From Candidatus Saccharimonadota bacterium (lineage in GTDB: Bacteria; Patescibacteriota; Saccharimonadia; Saccharimonadales; Saccharimonadaceae), in assembly GCA_017652105.1 (NCBI GenBank), contig JAGCBP010000020.1, positions 41,935 to 105,934 on the forward strand: 64,000 nt of DNA, written 5' to 3'. Below the pieces are notes generated by a model. The model was not told the origin of the DNA. It saw nothing but the letters and a program-made list of their open reading frames with translations, and did no database searches. The position numbers and the translations under genes were made by a program. Position 1 is the stretch's first letter. Every line of letters begins with the position of its first letter. Positions 26,360 through 35,975 of the stretch are shown piece after piece.

Positions 26360-29110
26360 ATGGCTAAAAAGAAAGTAGTGGGAAAAACTGCGAATAACAG
26401 TAGTAAAGAGGCGCCAAAACAAGTTAAAAAAACTCGTTCGCGGCGCAAAATGAAATTATATTCGAATTTGACTACCAAGCATCGAGCAAAGAAAGATGAA
26501 GCTGCGCGTCGTAAAGCTGAATATCTTGCAACTTTACCAAAAGAACCAGTCAAAAGATTTTTTGCTCGGCTTCATCCTAAGCGCGTAGCTAAGTGGTGGT
26601 TTTCTTGGCGTGGCCAAAAAACCATTCTAAAGACTCTCGCTGCCATTACTTTAATTTTTATCATTATTATCGGTGCACTATTCCTTTATTACAAAAAAGA
26701 TATCGAAGGGTTAAAATTAGACGAAATCAACATTTCTGATACAGTTAACACCTATCTAGACAGGAATGGTGTTGTGCTTTGGAAAGATACTGGTAACGAT
26801 AATTATCGTCTTGTAATTGGTGACGACGAGATTCCAAAATACATGCGCGACGCTACTATTGCGATCGAGGACCGTAATTTCTATAATCACATGGGCGTAG
26901 ATTTTGGCGCACTTATCCGTGCCGCCTTTTCTACCTTGGGTGGTCACGGCGTGCAAGGCGGTTCTACTCTTACTCAGCAATTAATCAAGCAAGTTTACTT
27001 TGCTGACGAAGCTCAAAGTGAAGACCGTGGTGGTCTTGGACGCAAAATCAAAGAGTTGATTCTAGCGATCGAGCTAGAAAGAATGTATTCCAAAGACGAA
27101 ATTCTTACCATGTATCTCAACCAATCGCCTTATGGCGGTCGCCGTAATGGCGTAGAATCGGCTGCTAGGACTTACTTTGGCAAATCTGCTAAAGATCTCG
27201 ACCTTGCAGAATGCGCGCTGCTTGCTTCTATACCAAATAATCCAGCCGTTTATAATCCATATAATGAATATGGTCACGAAGGTTTGCTCCAGCGTCAAAA
27301 ATATACCCTAGACGTTATGGCCGAAATGGGCATGATCACCAAAGATCAGGCTGAAGCCGCTAAAGCAATCAATATTTTAGATCGCATCCAGCCAGAGTCC
27401 ACTCAATATTCAGACATCTTAGCTCCCCACTTTGTTTTGGAGACCAGGAAGCAACTAGAAGACAAGTACGGTATTTCTACTATGCGTGCTGGTGGTTGGA
27501 CTATCAAAACCACTCTTGACTATCGCGCTCAAAAAATTGCCGAAGAAGCGGTAGCTACCGGCGCAGCTTATACCTATGTTAACCGTAGCGATGATATCGC
27601 TCTAGTTTCCATTGATGTAGAGACTTCTCAAGTTATCGCCATGGTCGGTTCAATTGATTTTAACAACCCTACTTATGGTGAGCTCAACGCTACCACCGAT
27701 TCTCTAATCGAGCCTGGTTCTACTATCAAGCCGATCTTAGACTACTCACCTCTGTTTATGCAGCGCGAAGGTATTAACTATGGCCCAGGTTCCATTCTAA
27801 AAGATGAAAATATCAATAAAGTCTATTGTGCTGGCTATAGGGGTAGTTGTTCTCTTACCAACGCTACTGGTACTTTTTATGGCGATGTCACGATTAGATT
27901 TTCACTCGGTCACTCGCTTAACATCGCCGCAGTTAAAGCGCTATATATTAATGGTATTGATAACTCACTTGAGATTGCTCATGCCCTAGGTGACCAAACT
28001 TATTGTAAAGACCGCGAAGGTTATGGTCTTTCTATCGCTATTGGCTCTGGTTGTGGCGTCAAGATGGTTGAACATGCTAATGCCTATGCTTCCCTTGCTC
28101 GTGGTGGTTCGTACAAAGATTTGAGCTATGTCCTAGAAGTCAAAAATTCCTCTGGCGATATTGTAGAAACTTGGACCGATACTCCAGCGGTGCGCGTAGT
28201 AGACGATCAAGTTGCCTATATGATCTCCAATATATTGAGTGATGGTGGCGCTCGTTTTGGCATCTACGCTCCTGGTGGCTCGCAAAGTTACGGCTATGTA
28301 GTGCCGGGCGTCTGGACTGCCACCAAGACCGGTACTACTACCACAGCTAACTCCGCAGTAACCAAGGATTCTCTAATTATGAGTTATTCTACCGCCCTTG
28401 CTACCATGGTTTGGAACGGTAACCATGATGGTTCAGGCTTGTCTAGTAACTCTAATATGGTTGCTCGTACTACGGTGGGTACATACATGGAGCGGGTCCA
28501 TCACGAAGTTTACGGACCAGACGGCAAATGGAGTTCTGGTGACCAGCCTGTTCAACCAGCCGGCATGCAACGCCTCACCGTCAATGGTAAAACTGATATC
28601 TGGCCAAGCTGGTATAATGCTAGCAAAAACTCAGGTATATCCAAAGAGAGTCTCACATTTAACAAATATAATCATCTCCTAGCTTCTGAATGTACGGCTG
28701 AAGATTACAAAATTCAGATCGAAGTTACCAAAACTATCGATCCAATGACTGGCGAAGCTGTTTACAATGTTCCAGAGCCATACAATCACGAAACTAAAGA
28801 TACTTGCGATTATAAACCGCCAACAATTTCTGCGTTTTCAGTGGTTGGCACTAATATTAGTGCCACAGTCAAAAAAGGTACTTCAGATATTACTGGATAT
28901 ACCTTCTATGTAGATGGGATTGAACAGCCGCAAGCTAAAGTTACCTGCAAAAGTTCCGCATGTACTATTACCGGCTATACGCCAAACGAAACCGACAAAG
29001 TTTATAGACTAGTGGTAACCGACTCTGCGGGCTATACTGCCGATGCTACTTATCAACCTAAGAAGTCTGGCGGTGGCACATCTGGTTCATCCGGCTCATC
29101 TGGTCACTAG
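26360..29110 (+). CDS. Class A penicillin-binding protein (glycosyltransferase plus transpeptidase) with a C-terminal Ig-like extension
   Basis: GT51 motifs (IAIEDRNFYNH, GGSTLTQQL), a transpeptidase STIKP motif, and a Gly/Ser tail. Start set at the ATG at 26360. Confidence 0.9.
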   Translation: MAKKKVVGKTANNSSKEAPKQVKKTRSRRKMKLYSNLTTKHRAKKDEAARRKAEYLATLPKEPVKRFFARLHPKRVAKWWFSWRGQKTILKTLAAITLIFIIIIGALFLYYKKDIEGLKLDEINISDTVNTYLDRNGVVLWKDTGNDNYRLVIGDDEIPKYMRDATIAIEDRNFYNHMGVDFGALIRAAFSTLGGHGVQGGSTLTQQLIKQVYFADEAQSEDRGGLGRKIKELILAIELERMYSKDEILTMYLNQSPYGGRRNGVESAARTYFGKSAKDLDLAECALLASIPNNPAVYNPYNEYGHEGLLQRQKYTLDVMAEMGMITKDQAEAAKAINILDRIQPESTQYSDILAPHFVLETRKQLEDKYGISTMRAGGWTIKTTLDYRAQKIAEEAVATGAAYTYVNRSDDIALVSIDVETSQVIAMVGSIDFNNPTYGELNATTDSLIEPGSTIKPILDYSPLFMQREGINYGPGSILKDENINKVYCAGYRGSCSLTNATGTFYGDVTIRFSLGHSLNIAAVKALYINGIDNSLEIAHALGDQTYCKDREGYGLSIAIGSGCGVKMVEHANAYASLARGGSYKDLSYVLEVKNSSGDIVETWTDTPAVRVVDDQVAYMISNILSDGGARFGIYAPGGSQSYGYVVPGVWTATKTGTTTTANSAVTKDSLIMSYSTALATMVWNGNHDGSGLSSNSNMVARTTVGTYMERVHHEVYGPDGKWSSGDQPVQPAGMQRLTVNGKTDIWPSWYNASKNSGISKESLTFNKYNHLLASECTAEDYKIQIEVTKTIDPMTGEAVYNVPEPYNHETKDTCDYKPPTISAFSVVGTNISATVKKGTSDITGYTFYVDGIEQPQAKVTCKSSACTITGYTPNETDKVYRLVVTDSAGYTADATYQPKKSGGGTSGSSGSSGH

Positions 29111-29120
29111 AAAGGTTTAA

Positions 29121-29810
29121 ATGGAAATAGCAATTTTAATTGTCACCCTTGCGATTTTGTCAGAAACTTCCGTTTTGCTATTCAAAAAAATCAAACCCAC
29201 TACTTCGCGCCGCCGCAAAATCTATATCGACACTTCCGTTTTGATTGATGGCAGAATTTTAGAAATTGCCAAAAGTGGCTTTCTAGATGGTGATTTAGTC
29301 ATTTTAAAAACAGTGCTTTTAGAGCTCCAACTCATCGCTGATGGCAAAGATTCAGACAAGCGCAATCTCGGCCGAATCGGGCTTACTAATGTTTCAGAAT
29401 TAGAACGAGTAATTAATATTAACACCGAAATTTTTGATGATACTGGTGGTAATAAAAAAGTCGACGAGCAGCTTCTTAAATACGCCAAAGAGAACAAAGG
29501 CGCTATTATGACCATCGACTATAACCTTATTAAAGTTGCCGAAGCTGAAAAAATCGAAACCCTGAATATTAATAATTTGGCACTTGCCGTTCGTACTGAA
29601 TTTATGCCCGGAGAAACTTTCAAAATTAAAATTTTAGAAAAGGGTTCAAACCCAGGCCAAGGAGTTGGCCATCTGCCGAATGGCACTATGGTGGTAGTAG
29701 ATAATGCCGCCAAAAAAATTGGTCAAGAAGTCGATGTCAAGCTAGTCAAAAATCATGAAACTTCTGCCGGCCGCATGATATTTGCCAAAATAATAAATGG
29801 TAAAAAATAA
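29121..29810 (+). CDS. PIN/TRAM domain membrane protein (YacL-like)
   Basis: N-terminal TM helix, PIN-like block (IYIDTSVLIDGRI) and a C-terminal TRAM-like beta domain. Confidence 0.7.
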   Translation: MEIAILIVTLAILSETSVLLFKKIKPTTSRRRKIYIDTSVLIDGRILEIAKSGFLDGDLVILKTVLLELQLIADGKDSDKRNLGRIGLTNVSELERVININTEIFDDTGGNKKVDEQLLKYAKENKGAIMTIDYNLIKVAEAEKIETLNINNLALAVRTEFMPGETFKIKILEKGSNPGQGVGHLPNGTMVVVDNAAKKIGQEVDVKLVKNHETSAGRMIFAKIINGKK

Positions 29811-29812
29811 TT

Positions 29813-30985
29813 TTATTTAATCAAATCTTCGCCAAACTTGACAGCCGTGCTGTGGTTTTCGCTTAGCATATCATAGTATTTCGCCACAAGTTTAGTACGT
29901 CCGAGTACTTTGGCTACATCCGCTGCGATGTCATAACGCGAAGCACCATTTTTCCTCAGCATCTCAAACGGCGTCGTGGTAGTACCTTCTTCATTGAACC
30001 CATGGACTTTTACTCTGCCACGTGCAGTATAGTTTTCAAAAATCGCTGCCAAAGTCTCTGGATAACCATGGAAGTTTGCGATAATTGGTCTATCAGAAGT
30101 ATAAAGCTCTTCAAATTGAGACTTTGTTAATTTATTCTTAGTGGTACCAATTGCCCGATATGACAAAGCAGTGATACCCACAAATCGCAATCTAATTCCT
30201 GGCAAATCGCGGCGTAAAATTTTCATTGCCTCAATAGTTTCAGTGGTCTGAATATCGCCAGCTGCAGTCAAAACGAAATCCGGATTATCATCCGACGCAA
30301 ACTTAAATATCGATGCCCCACCGTTTTCATATTGGAATTTAGCATGATTCGTGTCAATATAGCGTGGTACATCGGTTTTATTGAAAGTCATTAAATTCAC
30401 TGAATCTCTTGAAGCTAACATGAAATCAAAACCAACTTCAGCGGCTACATCATCCACCGGGAACAAGCAGTTACAAAGATTAGTTGGCAAAGTTAGAAGT
30501 GTAGACATCAAAGCTGGTGATTGATGGGTGAAACCGTTATGATCCTGTCGCCAGCAAGTAGAAGTTGAAAGCAGGTTCACCGCTGGCATTGGTTCGCGCC
30601 AATCCACCATTTGCGATTGTTTAATAAACTTAAGATGTTGCAAAATTTGCGAAGTGATAATTGGATAAAAGGCTTCATAGCTCCCCATCATGGCTTGCTC
30701 GCCATTCATCAGGTGTCCAGTCATGGTCGAGAAAAGCACATTTTCAGAAAGCATTTCAATAATTCTACCATCTGGACCAGCCGGGAGATCCCAAGCTTCT
30801 TTGGACAAATCGCCCCAAGCTCTTTTTTCTACATCAAACACCGCCTCAAAATGGTTAGAAGTAGTTTCATCCGGTGAAAAGAAATAGAAAAACGGATTTT
30901 TCTTGAATTGGTCGGCTAGAAGCTCGCCAACTTTTTCGGCCGGCGAAAAATTTTCTACGCCTGGGTTTTCTACATGGTCTATCAT
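29813..30985 (-). CDS. xfp: Phosphoketolase, C-terminal part (middle plus C-terminal domains)
   Basis: FSPDETTSN, SYEAF and WRQDHNGFTHQ blocks match xylulose-5-P/fructose-6-P phosphoketolase. ATGA overlap with the upstream part. Confidence 0.85.
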   Translation of the reverse strand: MIDHVENPGVENFSPAEKVGELLADQFKKNPFFYFFSPDETTSNHFEAVFDVEKRAWGDLSKEAWDLPAGPDGRIIEMLSENVLFSTMTGHLMNGEQAMMGSYEAFYPIITSQILQHLKFIKQSQMVDWREPMPAVNLLSTSTCWRQDHNGFTHQSPALMSTLLTLPTNLCNCLFPVDDVAAEVGFDFMLASRDSVNLMTFNKTDVPRYIDTNHAKFQYENGGASIFKFASDDNPDFVLTAAGDIQTTETIEAMKILRRDLPGIRLRFVGITALSYRAIGTTKNKLTKSQFEELYTSDRPIIANFHGYPETLAAIFENYTARGRVKVHGFNEEGTTTTPFEMLRKNGASRYDIAADVAKVLGRTKLVAKYYDMLSENHSTAVKFGEDLIK

Positions 30986-31914
30986 AATGTAAATCCTTTC
31001 TCCGCATCAAATAATTCTTTAAAGTTATAACTTGTGAGCCAATCTTCTAGAGCTCTCAACTCGTTGGAATCTGTCATTGGATTTTTGAGCGGTATCTGAT
31101 GCGATTCATGGTGCTTATTTGGACCACCAGCACCCTTCTCAGTTTTTAGAATATAAAACGGTGAATCTTTCTTTTGGGCAAGAGCGGTCTGGAAAGCTTC
31201 TGGATCATCACCATCAATCATAATTGGCGTAAATCCAAATCCCCGAATCAACTCATTTAGTTCCCTTTCGCTCCTTCTTGCGTAAATCGAAGGTGCTGAA
31301 ATTTTGTAACCATTGAGATGTAGAATCGGCAAAACCTTACCATTTTTTGCACTTTTCATAATCGATTTTAAATTCAAAGAATCTAGTGCCGTAGCGGTTT
31401 CAAGCTCGCCATCACCAATTAATACTGCTAGAATCTTTTCTGGATGCCCCAAAGCTACGCCGTAAGCATTAGCAAGCGCATAACCCAGCTCACCACCTTC
31501 CACAATCACGCCCGGAGTGTATGGGCTAGCGTGGGATGGAAAACCATCCGGCCAGGAGAAATTATGGCAAATATAAGAAAGCCCTCTAATGTCTCTCGAT
31601 GCATTTGGGTCAACTTTTTCCAAATCGCCATCAAGGAATAAATTTGCTTGAAGTGCCGGAAAGCCATGCCCCGGACCAAGTACGAAAGTGAAATTTTCAT
31701 TTCCTTCAAAATAAGCTTTGAGATTAGCATAGGCCACATTGATACCGTGACAAGTCCCCCAATGCCCGAGTAGCCGCGGTTTGACATCATCAAACCCCAG
31801 CGGTCGATCTAGCAAAAAGTCATCCGCCAAAAATAATTGCGCAACGCACATGTAATCACAAGCACGAATACGCTTCTTGATATAATCTGTTTTATCTATG
31901 CCCACTCCACTCAT
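30982..31914 (-). CDS. xfp: Phosphoketolase, N-terminal (TPP-binding) part
   Basis: LLGHWGTCHG, GPGHGFPA, EGGELGYAL and GDGELETA blocks. The ORF extends to 31923, but a TATAAT box overlaps that ATG, so the ATG at 31914 (7 nt after the box) is preferred. Confidence 0.85.
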   Translation of the reverse strand: MSGVGIDKTDYIKKRIRACDYMCVAQLFLADDFLLDRPLGFDDVKPRLLGHWGTCHGINVAYANLKAYFEGNENFTFVLGPGHGFPALQANLFLDGDLEKVDPNASRDIRGLSYICHNFSWPDGFPSHASPYTPGVIVEGGELGYALANAYGVALGHPEKILAVLIGDGELETATALDSLNLKSIMKSAKNGKVLPILHLNGYKISAPSIYARRSERELNELIRGFGFTPIMIDGDDPEAFQTALAQKKDSPFYILKTEKGAGGPNKHHESHQIPLKNPMTDSNELRALEDWLTSYNFKELFDAEKGFTL

Positions 31915-31921
31915 ATACTCC

Positions 31922-31950
31922 ATTATAAAGCATAAGTGTTTAATTGTAAA
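31922..31950 (-). promoter_or_regulatory. Promoter TTTACA-17-TATAAT for phosphoketolase (leaderless from the ATG at 31914)
   Basis: -35 at 31945-31950, -10 at 31922-31927 on the minus strand. Confidence 0.6.
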
Positions 31951-31958
31951 TACTTTTT

Positions 31959-33926
31959 TTATTGAATTTCTGCTTTTATTTTTTCGATTTCATCTCTAAG
32001 CGCCGCAGCTTTTTCGAATTCAAGATTAGCAGCGGCTAGTTGCATTTCAGATGATAATTGTTTGATCAGATTTGGCAATTCATCTTTCGGTATGCGTTTA
32101 ATATCTAGTTTATCCTCTTTCTTTTCTTCTGGGATAATCGCTCTCAGCCCCAAAGAAATTTCTTTTTTGATTGAAGTTGGTACGATGTGATGCTTAGCAT
32201 TGTATTCTTTCTGAATTTCGCGCCGGCGATTAGTCTCCGAAATTGCCTTTTCCATGCTCTCAGTAATATAATCGGCATACATAATTACTTTACCTTCCAC
32301 ATGTCGCGCTGCTCTTCCGATTGTTTGAATCAATGCTGATTCGGATCTTAAAAAACCTTCTTTATCTGCATCAAGAATCGCAACTAGAGAGACCTCAGGT
32401 AGATCCAAGCCTTCCCGAAGCAAATTAATTCCCACTAGCACATCTACTACGCCCTCGCGCAAATCTTTCAAGATATCGCCTCGTTCCAAAGTGTCAATGT
32501 CAGAATGAATATAAGCAGTCTTAACGCCACGTTCTTTGAGATGGTCGGTCAAATCCTCCGCCATCCTTTTAGTAAGAGTAGTAATCAGAGTTCTCTGCCC
32601 TTTGGCAATGCGCTGGTCAATTTCCTCCATAAGATCATCAATTTGGCCGTTGGTCGGCCGAACTTCCACTTCTGGATCAAGTAATCCGGTCGGTCTAATG
32701 ACTTGTTCGGCCGGTTTTGGACTATTCTCAAGCTCGTATTCGCCTGGTGTTGCTGAAACATAAATTGCCTGATTGATTTTGGCATCAAATTCACCAAAAG
32801 TAAGTGGCCGGTTATCAAGAGCACTAGGCAACCTAAAACCATAATCTACCAAGTTTAATTTTCTCGCATGATCACCATTATACATTCCCCTTACTTGTGG
32901 TAAAGTCATGTGTGATTCATCTACGATCAAAAGAAAATCTTTTGGGAAAAAGTCTAAAAGCGTATACGGTGGCTCACCGGCCTTGCGGCCTTCCAGATGC
33001 CGAGAATAATTCTCAATCCCCTTCACAAAACCAGTTTGCTCGAGCATTTCCAAATCATACTTGGTGCGTTGCGATAACCTTTGTGCCTCCAAAAATTTTT
33101 CATGTTCGTTAAAATAGGCTAATCTTTCATTAAATTCTGTTCGGATAGATTTTAAAGCTCTCTCTAGATCCTCACGCGGTGTAGCATAATGGGTATTTGG
33201 AAAAATATGTACTTTTTCTGGTTTTTGTCTCACTTCAAAAGTCAAAGGATCGACAATTTTAATGCTTTCTAGTGTGTCAAAAGCGAATTCAAAGCGATAG
33301 GCATTTTCGCCATTAGCCGGATAAAGATCAATTGTGTCCCCCATCACTCGAAAATTTCCGCGTTCAAAAGCCAAGTCGTTTCTATGATATTGAATGGAAA
33401 CCAATTTACGAATGAGTTCTTCTTGAGAGATATTGTCTGACACCTTTATGGTGAAGGACATTGCAAGATAATTTTCTGGTGCACCAATCCCATAAATACA
33501 AGAAACGCTTGACACCACAATCACATCTCGGCGAGTCAAGAGGGCTTCCGTGGCGCCATGTCTAAGCCGGTCGATTTCATCATTAATCGCCGAATCTTTT
33601 TCGATGTAAGTATCAGTAGAAGCGATATAAGCTTCCGGCTGATAATAATCAAAATATGACACAAAATAATGTACTTCGTTTTCCGGGAAAAACTCCCGAA
33701 ATTCCGAATAAAGCTGTGCGGCAAGAGTCTTGTTGTGTGCAAGCACCAAAGTTGGCCGCTGCACCTCGTTTATAATATTTGCCATTGTGAAAGTCTTACC
33801 CGAACCAGTTACCCCCAGCAAAGTTTGGGCTTTCTCCCCTTTATTCAAGCCGTCAACCAGCTGGCGAATTGCCTGTGGCTGATCACCGGTTGGTTGATAT
33901 TTTGACACTAGCTTAAAATTAGGCAT
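31959..33926 (-). CDS. uvrB: Excinuclease ABC subunit B
   Basis: [10 protein letters not shown] Walker A, helicase motifs, C-terminal UVR domain ([11 protein letters not shown]). Confidence 0.97.
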   Translation of the reverse strand: MPNFKLVSKYQPTGDQPQAIRQLVDGLNKGEKAQTLLGVTGSGKTFTMANIINEVQRPTLVLAHNKTLAAQLYSEFREFFPENEVHYFVSYFDYYQPEAYIASTDTYIEKDSAINDEIDRLRHGATEALLTRRDVIVVSSVSCIYGIGAPENYLAMSFTIKVSDNISQEELIRKLVSIQYHRNDLAFERGNFRVMGDTIDLYPANGENAYRFEFAFDTLESIKIVDPLTFEVRQKPEKVHIFPNTHYATPREDLERALKSIRTEFNERLAYFNEHEKFLEAQRLSQRTKYDLEMLEQTGFVKGIENYSRHLEGRKAGEPPYTLLDFFPKDFLLIVDESHMTLPQVRGMYNGDHARKLNLVDYGFRLPSALDNRPLTFGEFDAKINQAIYVSATPGEYELENSPKPAEQVIRPTGLLDPEVEVRPTNGQIDDLMEEIDQRIAKGQRTLITTLTKRMAEDLTDHLKERGVKTAYIHSDIDTLERGDILKDLREGVVDVLVGINLLREGLDLPEVSLVAILDADKEGFLRSESALIQTIGRAARHVEGKVIMYADYITESMEKAISETNRRREIQKEYNAKHHIVPTSIKKEISLGLRAIIPEEKKEDKLDIKRIPKDELPNLIKQLSSEMQLAAANLEFEKAAALRDEIEKIKAEIQ

Positions 33927-33969
33927 ATATATTATTATATAATATTTTCAAATAATAATCAAAGCAAGT

Positions 33970-35445
33970 TTAGTTCTGTTTAATCAAAGGAAATGGCACA
34001 GCTTCACGCCCCGATACCCCTTCGAGCAACCAGAAGTTCCGCTCAGAATTACCCCAACCGCAAGCTGGCGGCATCCCATATTCTAGCATTTCCACGAAAT
34101 CTTTGTCTAGCATCTGCGCCTCAGCATCTCCGGCATCCCGCGCCGCCTGTTGTTCTTCAAACCGCGCCAACTGATCTAATGGATCATTTAATTCCGAGAA
34201 GCCGTTGCCCATCTCAGTCCCGGCAATCACCGGGTGAAATCTCTCGGTCACTAGAGGATTTTCCGCAGATTTCTTAGCTAGTGGCGAGAGAGACAAAGGC
34301 TCTTCAATTACCCAATATGGCCCTGGTGAGGTTTTTCTAATCAACTTCCAAACATCATCAATCAGATGCGGTGTAGTGGTATTTTCGAGTTTCTTCACGA
34401 AATCTTCTTTTGAGAGGTCTTTGGCTTCCCAATTCTCTAATAGTACCTTGATAATTTGCTCTCTATCAGGATTAAATACATCTACGCCAAATTTCTCTGA
34501 GAGAAGGTCCGCATATTTCACGCGCGGCCATTCACAGTCAAGATCAATTTTAAATCCACCCACCTGAAATTGTAAAGTTCCCCAAGTCTCTTTGCAAACA
34601 TACTTGATCATTTCCTCATAAAACTTTATACCATCCTCGTAATTTTCGTACGCGGCATAAGCCTCAAATGCAATGTGCTCCGGCAAATGCTCATCATCAA
34701 TTCCCTCGTTTCTAAATCTCGGCCCAATGTCATATACTTTTTCAAAACCACCGCCTAGCAACCGTTTGAGCGGTAATTCGTGGGAAATTCGAAGGTAAAA
34801 ATCCTCATCCAATGCATCCATATGAGTAACGAATGGGTTAGCATCCGCTCCGCCCGTGGTATGCTCAAGTACCGGAATATTGATTTCAATAAATCCATGC
34901 TTATTCATAAAATCGCGTGTAGCTTGCCAAAACCGAGAGCGACGTACCAATCTTTCTCGTACTTCTGGATTTACATTCATATCTACATAGCGCCGGCGGT
35001 AGCGTTCCTCTTTGTTAGTAAATTTCTCTGGCAGAGGCCGGAGTGTCTTAGTTAGAAGCTTTACAAAATCAGCAAACACCGAGATCTCGCCAGTCTGTGA
35101 TTTATCTACTAGGCCTTTAGCTTCTATAAAATCACCTGTATCGAGTAATTTAACTTCCCTAGCACCCAAAAGTCCAGCCGGTGTCGGCTCGGAGGATGCC
35201 TTCATAAAAATCTGCACCTCTCCAGTTGTATCACGAAGTTTCAAAAACACTAATTTGCCAAACGAGCGAATCGCCACGATTCGTCCCGCCACCGTAACCT
35301 CTTGACCTTGTTTTTCATCAAAATGATTAATCACTTCAGAGATTTTGGTATTGCGCCATGATTTGGACGGGTATGGGTCAATCCCCTGTCCCCTTAAAGT
35401 TTCAAGTTTCTTCAATCTTTCGTTTCTATAATCTTCAAGTAGCAT
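33970..35445 (-). CDS. lysS: Lysine--tRNA ligase (class II)
   Basis: OB anticodon-binding domain followed by class II motifs (FRNEGID..., GWGNSERN). Confidence 0.95.
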   Translation of the reverse strand: MLLEDYRNERLKKLETLRGQGIDPYPSKSWRNTKISEVINHFDEKQGQEVTVAGRIVAIRSFGKLVFLKLRDTTGEVQIFMKASSEPTPAGLLGAREVKLLDTGDFIEAKGLVDKSQTGEISVFADFVKLLTKTLRPLPEKFTNKEERYRRRYVDMNVNPEVRERLVRRSRFWQATRDFMNKHGFIEINIPVLEHTTGGADANPFVTHMDALDEDFYLRISHELPLKRLLGGGFEKVYDIGPRFRNEGIDDEHLPEHIAFEAYAAYENYEDGIKFYEEMIKYVCKETWGTLQFQVGGFKIDLDCEWPRVKYADLLSEKFGVDVFNPDREQIIKVLLENWEAKDLSKEDFVKKLENTTTPHLIDDVWKLIRKTSPGPYWVIEEPLSLSPLAKKSAENPLVTERFHPVIAGTEMGNGFSELNDPLDQLARFEEQQAARDAGDAEAQMLDKDFVEMLEYGMPPACGWGNSERNFWLLEGVSGREAVPFPLIKQN

Positions 35446-35452
35446 ATATATA

Positions 35453-35463
35453 ATTATATCACA
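35453..35463 (-). promoter_or_regulatory. Extended -10 TGTGaTATAAT 7 nt upstream of the lysS ATG (leaderless)
   Basis: Minus strand reads TGTGATATAAT-TATATAT-ATG. No SD. Confidence 0.6.
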
Positions 35464-35484
35464 AAATTGTCAAAATCATAATGT

Positions 35485-35931
35485 CTATCCAATGCTCAAA
35501 ATTTTAACCGCGCGGCCATTAAAATCGAGTTTGTCCCCCACTTTGTGCCCCATAATTACCTTGCCAATCGGTGATTCGTTAGAAATCTTGCCCGCTGAAG
35601 GGTTAGCCTCGGTCGCACCTACTACAGTGTATTCTAATTTGCGGCCATCCAAGTCTAATTTAACAACCGCTCCAAGTGAAACGCTGGATTTTTTGCCACT
35701 TCGAATTACCTTAGCATTTTTGAGAATATCTTGAATTTCAAGAATCCGGTTTTCGGTCATTTTTTGTTCAGAACGAGCCGAACTGTATTCTTCATTCTCT
35801 GATAGGTCGCCAAAAGCGCGTGCAGTCGCGATTTTTTCAGCAATTTCTGGTCTTTTTGCAATTAGTTCCTCAAGCTCTTTTTCCAGCTCTTTTTTACCAT
35901 CAGCAGTGATATGAATTTCTTTTTTAGCCAT
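35485..35931 (-). CDS. greA: Transcription elongation factor GreA
   Basis: Coiled-coil N-terminus with the GDLSENEEY acidic tip, and a C-terminal FKBP-like domain. Confidence 0.9.
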   Translation of the reverse strand: MAKKEIHITADGKKELEKELEELIAKRPEIAEKIATARAFGDLSENEEYSSARSEQKMTENRILEIQDILKNAKVIRSGKKSSVSLGAVVKLDLDGRKLEYTVVGATEANPSAGKISNESPIGKVIMGHKVGDKLDFNGRAVKILSIG

Positions 35932-35975
35932 ATTTACTCCACTATATAATACACTAATATTCTACATGAAAAGTC

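Noticed and set aside
29813-31923. Phosphoketolase as a frameshifted pseudogene
   Set aside because: This was considered. Both halves are long and free of stops, keep the conserved blocks, and meet in an ATGA coupling overlap within a linker. I therefore report it as a split gene. A 1-nt assembly error cannot be excluded without reads.
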